64,000 nucleotides of DNA from Eledone cirrhosa. Taxonomy: Eukaryota. This document shows positions 52,074 through 64,000 of this stretch, piece by piece. The stretch is from the NCBI GenBank assembly GCA_964016885.1, contig OZ024741.1, forward strand, positions 19,778,001 to 19,842,000, read 5' to 3'. The notes below the pieces were generated by a model, which saw only the letters and a list, made by a program, of their open reading frames with translations, was not told the origin of the DNA and searched no databases. Numbering within the stretch: position 1 is the first letter of the stretch; each line of letters opens with the position of its first letter. A program made the translations under genes and the position numbers.

Positions 52074-52339
52074 GTGGAAAAGAGGAAGGAACGAGGGAGC
52101 ACCCCCTCTCTGTGCTCCTGAGGAGAAGGGTTGCACACTTTTTTCGGGGGTGTGTGCGACCCACCAAGGCGCCTCCTCTCTATTGAGGATTTTGTAATAA
52201 ATTTTATTTTTTGTTATATTTTATTTTATTTTTATATTTTGTTATTGCCTCCTCCTTATTGAGGACGCCTTGTTTTGTAAACTCTCCCCATTGTACTTGT
52301 CCCACTTTTGATGCCCTGGTGGCAAATAAAAGAAACATT

Positions 52340-52379
<40 letters not shown>

Positions 52380-52389
52380 CATATATATA

Positions 52390-52652
52390 TGGCAGGAAGG
52401 TATACGTTGCTGACGATAGCTAATAAGCTTGAAACTAGTACAGCGTTCCTTTGTCAGTGTTGAACAAACGAGCAACGATGGTTGCTAGACACTGTACGGC
52501 TTAATTCGAAATGTTTGTTTACAAACACACCGAGCATTATAATAAATGTTCGGTGAATCCATACGTATATATATATGTGTGCATGTATGTATATATATAT
52601 ACATACTACTGTACGTCTGTATACATATATGTATGTACGTGTACATACTTAT
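52390..52652 (+). mobile_element. Partial copy of the 421-bp HHR repeat (family B); HHR at 52395-52452
   Basis: Near-identical to 30444-30707 with the HHR sequence unchanged; (TA)n flanks. Confidence 0.85.
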
Positions 52653-52689
52653 ATATATATATATATATATTAGAAAGTGAGGTTTTTTT

Positions 52690-53384
52690 TACAAAATGAA
52701 AAATAACCGAGGTCTCCTACACGAGTGAAAAGTATAAAGAAAAAAAGATGAAATCGAAAATGCAACTGTTGTCTTATTTTTAAAATAAATATATATATTT
52801 ATTTGGTTCCCTTACCGGTTTCGCAGTTCTTCTGCTTTTCAAAAGTAGAGTTGAGATGGAGGGTCTGTGGTTTTTCTCACGTCTGGTTGGTCTCTGTATG
52901 TTACTTGTTTTATATGGAAAAGGTGGCTCGAAATGCCAGGTTTTTCGAGAAGTAATTTGATTGGTTGGTCAATAATTATAATAAATTTCGTGCCAGTTCG
53001 CGTTACAAAGTTCTTCAAACAAGAGGGGGGGGGGGTCACAGGTTGTTTTTTTCATATATGAGTGTTTGAATTTCTTTTTACTTGAAGAAAGGGGCTCACG
53101 AAGGCTTTTTTTTAATAAGCGTAATTTGATTGGTTATAAATGAAATTATAGCTGTCACGTGAACAAGTTTTCATTAAATTTTCGCGCCCTTATTTGGAAA
53201 TCCATTCTGTAGCCTTTTTAGAGAATTTTATGACAAGCAAAAGATAATGGTCAAGAGAAATGGGATGGGAGAATTGTTCTGGTTCAGTGTAATATGGTTA
53301 GTTCGCTGGGGTGTCAGAATTGAGATTTTATATTGAATAAAGAAAGTAAAGATATGTATGTTTATTTGTGTGCTTGTGTGTGTA

Positions 53385-53457
<73 letters not shown>

Positions 53458-53725
53458 TGGAAGATGATTCTATTAGTAGAAATGGGGGAGGGAGTTGTGT
53501 GTGTGTGTGTATATGGGTGTTATGTGTGTGTGTGTGCGAGTATGTTGAGATGGAGAGAATATATATTTTGTGTGTGTGTATATATGTGTGTAGGAAAGTG
53601 ATTCTATTAGTAGAAATGGGGGAGGGAGTTGTGTATGTGGGTGTGAGGGTTGTTATGTGTGTGTATGGGTGTTATGTGTGTGGGAGTATGGTTAGCATGT
53701 TAAGATGATGAGAATATATATATAT

Positions 53726-53802
<77 letters not shown>

Positions 53803-56625
53803 GAAAATGATTCCTTTAGTAGGAATATTTTTGAATGAACATATTTTCCTTACTTATTCGTATTTGTTCTGTTGTATTGTCAGTGCAAACGTATATTAAG
53901 GTTTATTTAGTTCGGGTTTTTATTTTCTAAAGTAGAAGGTGTTATGTGTGTGTGTATGTGTCTGTTTGGATAGTTAGCATGTTATGGTGTTGACATAATG
54001 TATATTAAACCATATTTAATGCTGGTCTATATTTTTAAATAAACATATTTTCCTTATTTATTCGTATTTGTTCTGTTGTATTGTTAGCGTAAAGGTAAAA
54101 TGGGAAGACTTGGAATTTGGGTGTCTTATTACTTGCGCAAATGTCGAGATATGCGCTTAGTGGTATCTGTCTCGTGGTTGGATCTCGTAATTGTTGGCGA
54201 TGAACTGTTATTCAGTTTCTGAGTGTGAGTTTAGTTTGTCCTACATAATCTTCATTGCATCCTTTACATTTAATGGCATAAATTAGATTTTTTGATGAGC
54301 AAGTGAAGTGATTTTTAACAGTAAAATTTTGTCCTGATTTAAATGTATACGTGTTGCCGTCAATGAGGTGAGTGCAGGTTCCACAATTAGAGCGACCACA
54401 TTTTTTGACACTTGGTTGTGGGTTTGTGGTAGGTAATTTGGCATTGGTGAGTAATGTTTTCAGTGATTTCGGTTGTCTTTTGCTTTTGATTATTTTGTGT
54501 GTTTCAAGGGCTTTTTCATTCTTGGGTTTTGTTTTAGTAGTGGGATGTTCTAGTGTTGTAAGCTTCCGCATTTCTTGGGTTGTGTGTTGAGATATATGAT
54601 AGAATATTGGACGTACCTTGAATTTGTTTCTGTTTTCGTAATTCATCAATGCCTATTGCTTTAGCCCTTTCTATTCCATTATTTATTAGTAATAGTGGGT
54701 ACCCTCTTTCGAGTAGAATTTCCTTTAATTCTTGAAGTCTTTTATTTCGCGTTTCATAATTGGAGACAATTGTGCAAATTCTTCTTGCTAGGTTAAAAGG
54801 AATGTTCGTCTTCGTGTGCTTTGGATGGTTGGAGGTGAATAGCAGGTATTGTTTGGAATCTGTTGGTTTGTAGTGTATGTCAGTTTCGATATTTGTGTCT
54901 TTTTTTAAGATTAAGATGTCCAGAAATGGGAGTTGATCTTGGCTGTATTCCATTGTGAATTGGATGTGGTTATTGATGCCGTTTATTAAGGTTTTTGAAA
55001 TCCTTCAGTTGGTCGAGTGTGTGGGACCAAAGAATGAGACAATCATCCAAGTAGCGTTTCCAATTCTCTGATAAATATTTGTGGAAGTTCAATCCGTATT
55101 TTGATTTGGACTGTTCATATATCTGGACTTCTAAGTATGCCATGACTAAGTTGGCATAAGTTGGAGCGGCTTTTGTACCCATCGCAGTCCTCGATATTTG
55201 CTTGTAAGTATTTCCATCGAAATCAAAAAAGTTGTTCTGTAAGATGAATTATAATCCCTCAGTGATGAAGCTTTTTTCTATTCTGTCAGGTATCTCATTG
55301 GGATATTTCTCTAGCCAGAATCCTATTGCTTCTAGTCCGTATTGGTGTGGTATCGTTGTGTAGAGATTCACTACATCGAAAAACACAATAATAGTGTCGT
55401 TGGTGACATGTTTGGGGAGGTGGTTTAAGGGGTCCAGATCGTCTCTTACAAGGCTTGGTATGTGTTTGAGAATTGGTTTTAGTAGTATGTCTATAAAGTT
55501 GCTCAGTCTGTGTGTTTCACATTGTGGGCCCGCTACAATTGGTCTTAATTTAAGGTCTGTGGGGGGTATTGTATGTTCACGCAGGCACAGGTGGATTGTT
55601 TACAGGCATCGTTAATTATTTTACACTTGTGGATCTTCGGAAGTCCGTAAAGTTGCTGGTTTTGTATTCAAAATGTGTTAAATAATCGCGTTCCTTTTTA
55701 GTTAGGTCTTCTTGGTATCGATAAATCAGTGTGTTTAATCTGGTCATTGTTTTTTATTGCTGGTAGTTTTTTTACTCTTTCATAGTAATTAGTATTTTGT
55801 AAGAAAGAGAACATAGAATTTTTATATTTTTCAGCCTCCATAATGACAACAGTACTTCCCTTGTCCGCTTCCTTAATTATAATGTCCGTATTGTTTTATA
55901 GTTCATGGATAATCTCCCATTCCCTTCGACTCGTGTTGGGTTTGGGTTTAGGTTGCAGTAGTTCATGGTATGGGAAGGTAGCTATGTGGTCACAAAATTT
56001 GTCCAGAACTCTGTTTCCACCTTTTGTTGGGTTGTAGCTGCTTTTATTCCGTACAATTGATTCGTCGTTATTCTCTTTGTCAAAGAATTCCTCTGTGAGA
56101 CGTAATTTTCTACAGAAGTGTGAGATATTGTCATTTATCTCATTGGGGTTAGAGTATTGTGGTGTTGGTGTGAATTTCAGTCCTTTGGAGAGAATTTTTA
56201 CTTATTGGGCTAAGAGGTTTGTATTTGAAAGGTTGATTATTTTCGGTTTTTCAAAATCGGTTTGTGCCACTGGGTGTCGTGAGTCCTGTAGCCTTGGTCT
56301 AAAAAATGATTTTTCTGGAATGTTTTTTCAATGGTATTATTATATCTAATGGTATTTCCCCTGTTGTTGTGTGGTCTTGTATAGAAGTTTCGGACGTATT
56401 GAGGTTCTGTGTCCATCTGTTGGTCGAGTGACTTGAATTTTTCTTCGTTGGAGTTGGCTCTTAATCGCAACAGTTCTATTTCTGTTTTAAATTTTTCTAA
56501 CGCCATCTTTTCCTTAAGTCTTTGTTGGTTTTCTGGTTCATTCGGGATGGGTTTTATTTGGAGTTTTTGGGGGAGGATGATTGGGGTAGAGTTTAGCCAC
56601 TTTTCATATATGTCTGCCTTGCAGT
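52690..56625 (-). mobile_element. Penelope-like element (Neptune-like), degenerate
   Basis: Minus frames: IIKEADKGSTVVIM, RPIVAGP, FDVVNLYTTIPH, MGTKAAPTYANL, RYLDD, LPFLDI, YKPTDSKQYL, CGRSNCGTC, NLIYAIKC..YVGQT; long CA-rich 3' UTR. Confidence 0.88.
52808..52846 (-). ncRNA. Hammerhead motif, U3-A8 core variant, at the PLE 3' end
   Basis: Minus: CTT TTGAAAA GCAG AAGAA CTGC GAAA CCGG TA AGG. Confidence 0.65.
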
Positions 56626-56742
56626 TTAGCCACTTTTTATATATATATGTAGAAGTTATATTTAATTTGTTGGGATACAACAAGCAAATATTTTTATAAC
56701 TGATATAAAGCACTCAACAACTTTTTGGAGTAATTTCACAAA

Positions 56743-59794
<3,052 letters not shown>

Positions 59795-60154
59795 GGAAAT
59801 CAGTAAAATCGAATCTCTGGCGGTTTGCAAGTAAATTCGGCCTACTTATATGAAATGATGAGTTAGCAAAGCACTCGATAAGATAGGGCCTTAGAGTAAT
59901 AACATACGTTTAAATAGCTTGACAAATCGAACATTGTGGTAGGCGAAACTAACACACAATATATACCAAAGCAACGATAGAACTAGTCAGGTTGAGAAAA
60001 GTACACCTGGACAAATCAAACGAACAATCGTTTAAAGTGTTTCTTTGAATCCGAAATATATATATATATATATTAAAATAACAGATTAAAGTCTAAGCAA
60101 AGAATCGCTGCTTTCACCCTTAACGGGATCTTCTGGAACTAAAAATATATTTAT

Positions 60155-60200
<46 letters not shown>

Positions 60201-60214
60201 TTAATATAGAAGAG

Positions 60215-60262
60215 ATTCTACAGGACTAGAACTGTTTCATTCATTAGAAATCATCAGGAATC
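60215..60262 (-). ncRNA. Hammerhead motif, family C, intact core
   Basis: Minus: TTC CTGATGA TTTC TAAT GAAT GAAA CAG TTCTAGTC CTG TA GAA (stems I, II and III all pair). Confidence 0.78.
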
Positions 60263-60779
60263 TGGGTATCAAAAAATAAATATGGTATTTATAGGTCTCT
60301 ACAAGTGGTAGGAGAGGGTGGGGAGTGGGATGGGTGCAGGTCATTGGTTGATAGAAAAGGGAGTTCATTAAAAGCTAATTCTACAAGGCTATAGTTTATT
60401 TTTATTTTTATTTATATTTATTTATGTTTTTAGAGTAACAAAGGCAGACAGAATTCTATAAACAGGTTCCGGATGGCATACCATTCCTTGTCAATAAGTT
60501 TCTCTTAAGCTAACAGATGTCTATAAAGTCAGTGGGGGGTCAGTCATGGTCGATAGAATTAAAGAAAAGGGAGATTCTTTAAAAGCTAAAGTCATTAAGG
60601 TTCTACTAAGTGACAAAGGTCTAGAGAATTCTGCAGACAGATTCAAAATACTGAGTGCATATCTTACTATTATCTTCGAACTTCTCTTAAACTAATCAAC
60701 TATATGCCAAAAATCAACAGACACATTCACAAAAAAAACCCCAAAAAAACAAAAAAACAAAAAAACAAAAAAACACATA

Positions 60780-62626
<1,847 letters not shown>

Positions 62627-62627
<1 letters not shown>

Positions 62628-63327
62628 ACTTTAACTTTGAATAACTTTGAAATGTTTTGGCCAGTATTGGCCCAGGCCATGTCTAACTTAATAGCACCAC
62701 CTGGCGAAGTCTTTCAATTCAGGATTTGGGCACCATGGCCCATTCGAGAAGAGAATTACTGTTTGCGGAGACATATCCGGGTGTGGGTGGTTTGTCCGGG
62801 ATTACTTGGAGGAATTTGTCCAAAGACTTCTTGAATTTTGTGTGGTCAGTTTCTGTTTTGACGTGTCCTGGTGTGATGTTGAAGAGAGCAGGGCCGATTG
62901 AGGTGAAATAATTGTGCCGTATTGTTGTTATGAGTTGCGATTTAGATTTTTGAATGGGACGGATAGCACGGGGCCCAAGCCTTGGGTGTATCTTGAAGGC
63001 GATGCCAACATCATTTGGGCAGTGATGATGGAACATTTTCCACATCATGCAGATAATATAACGCTCACGGCGACGTTGGAGTGAGTAAAGTTTCAGGTTT
63101 TCCAATCGACCCCAGTAGTCAAGGTCTGACATGCCATCTATCTTTTTCGTGATTGCCCTTTGAGGAGCTTCAAGTTTCATGATACTTTGTTTCGTGTGGG
63201 GAGACCACAGTGGACAACAGTATTCAAGGTGTGGTCGGGCGAAAGTAGAGAAGAGAAGGATAATGGTGCGGGAATCTCTCGACTGGAAGGTTCTGAGGAT
63301 CCAGGAACACATTCTGCGGGCCATGTC
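62627..63327 (-). mobile_element. CR1-group LINE 3' fragment
   Basis: [74 protein letters not shown]; short 3' UTR with an (AAAGTT)-like tail. Confidence 0.88.
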
Positions 63328-63362
<35 letters not shown>

Positions 63363-63367
63363 TATAC

Positions 63368-63398
<31 letters not shown>

Positions 63399-63482
63399 CA
63401 TACATATACACAAACATATACATACATATACATACATAAATATACACACATAAAACACATATACACACAAACATACATATAT

Positions 63483-63543
<61 letters not shown>

Positions 63544-63761
63544 TACACATATACACATATACAAACAAATATATACACATACAAGTAAATAGGTACTCAA
63601 TAAATATACGCATATACGCAGGCACATAAAGACACCTCTACAGGCAGAAAATGTAGATACGAAAGAGGTACTCACATGACCATAGTGGTCGTATTTCAGG
63701 TTGAGGAGGGGTGGGGGTAGGGTGGGGAGGAGGTATAGGGGCCAATAGGGGGAGGTCGTTT

Positions 63762-64000
63762 TTAGCCATCGGGCTTTAACACTGGCTTAAAGTGTTTGAA
63801 TGTTGCAAAGTTCTTGTGCATGCAGTTCGGGCAGTGTTCAGAGAGTTTGTTCAGTAGCGGGCCCTTGGCGAATAAAATTTCGTAGCTCTCTGAAATACAA
63901 AGGTCGCAGCCCTTGTGTCCTCCGTTGTAAGAGCGCGCTTTCTGGAGTATTTTCCAATTAAGCGTGAAGGGGGTGGAGTTCCTTTTGAGGTCCCAAACGT
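63762..64000 (-). pseudogene. C-terminus of a third Naiad-like PLE ORF (runs off the window edge)
   Basis: Manual minus-strand translation: VWDLKRN..WKILQKARSYNGGHKGCDLCISESYEILF..LLNKLSEHCPNCMHKNF..DG*; same motif order as 28700-28923. Confidence 0.8.

Larger units (their letters stand above)
46540..52337 (+). mobile_element. L1/Tx1-clade LINE, full length (~5.8 kb), in (TCTA)n
   Basis: 5' UTR, ORF1, ORF2 and the same 3' UTR as the upstream copy; (TCTA)n on both sides. Confidence 0.92.

Overview
This is eukaryotic, AT-rich, microsatellite-dense DNA with no recognisable host gene. Most ORFs in the supplied track are artefacts of (TA)n, (TG)n and (CATA)n repeats. The repeat content suggests an invertebrate, plausibly a cephalopod (inference only). 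The window is a nest of retroelements. It holds one near-complete Gypsy LTR element, six Penelope-like elements (PLEs; Neptune-, Naiad- and Nematis-like), an R4/Dong-type RLE LINE in (CATA)n, two tandem L1/Tx1 LINEs in (TCTA)n, and RTE, RTE-X and CR1 fragments. It also holds a non-autonomous Helitron and ten copies of a tRNA-derived Deu/Nin-type SINE. The main signal not shown by the ORF track is a high density of type I hammerhead ribozyme (HHR) motifs, about 18 from several sequence families. One sits at the 3' end of each PLE. Others lie in two non-coding, HHR-bearing tandem-repeat families (573 bp and 421 bp units) inserted in (TA)n, which look like retrozymes mobilised by PLEs. All folds and alignments were done by eye and need computational confirmation.
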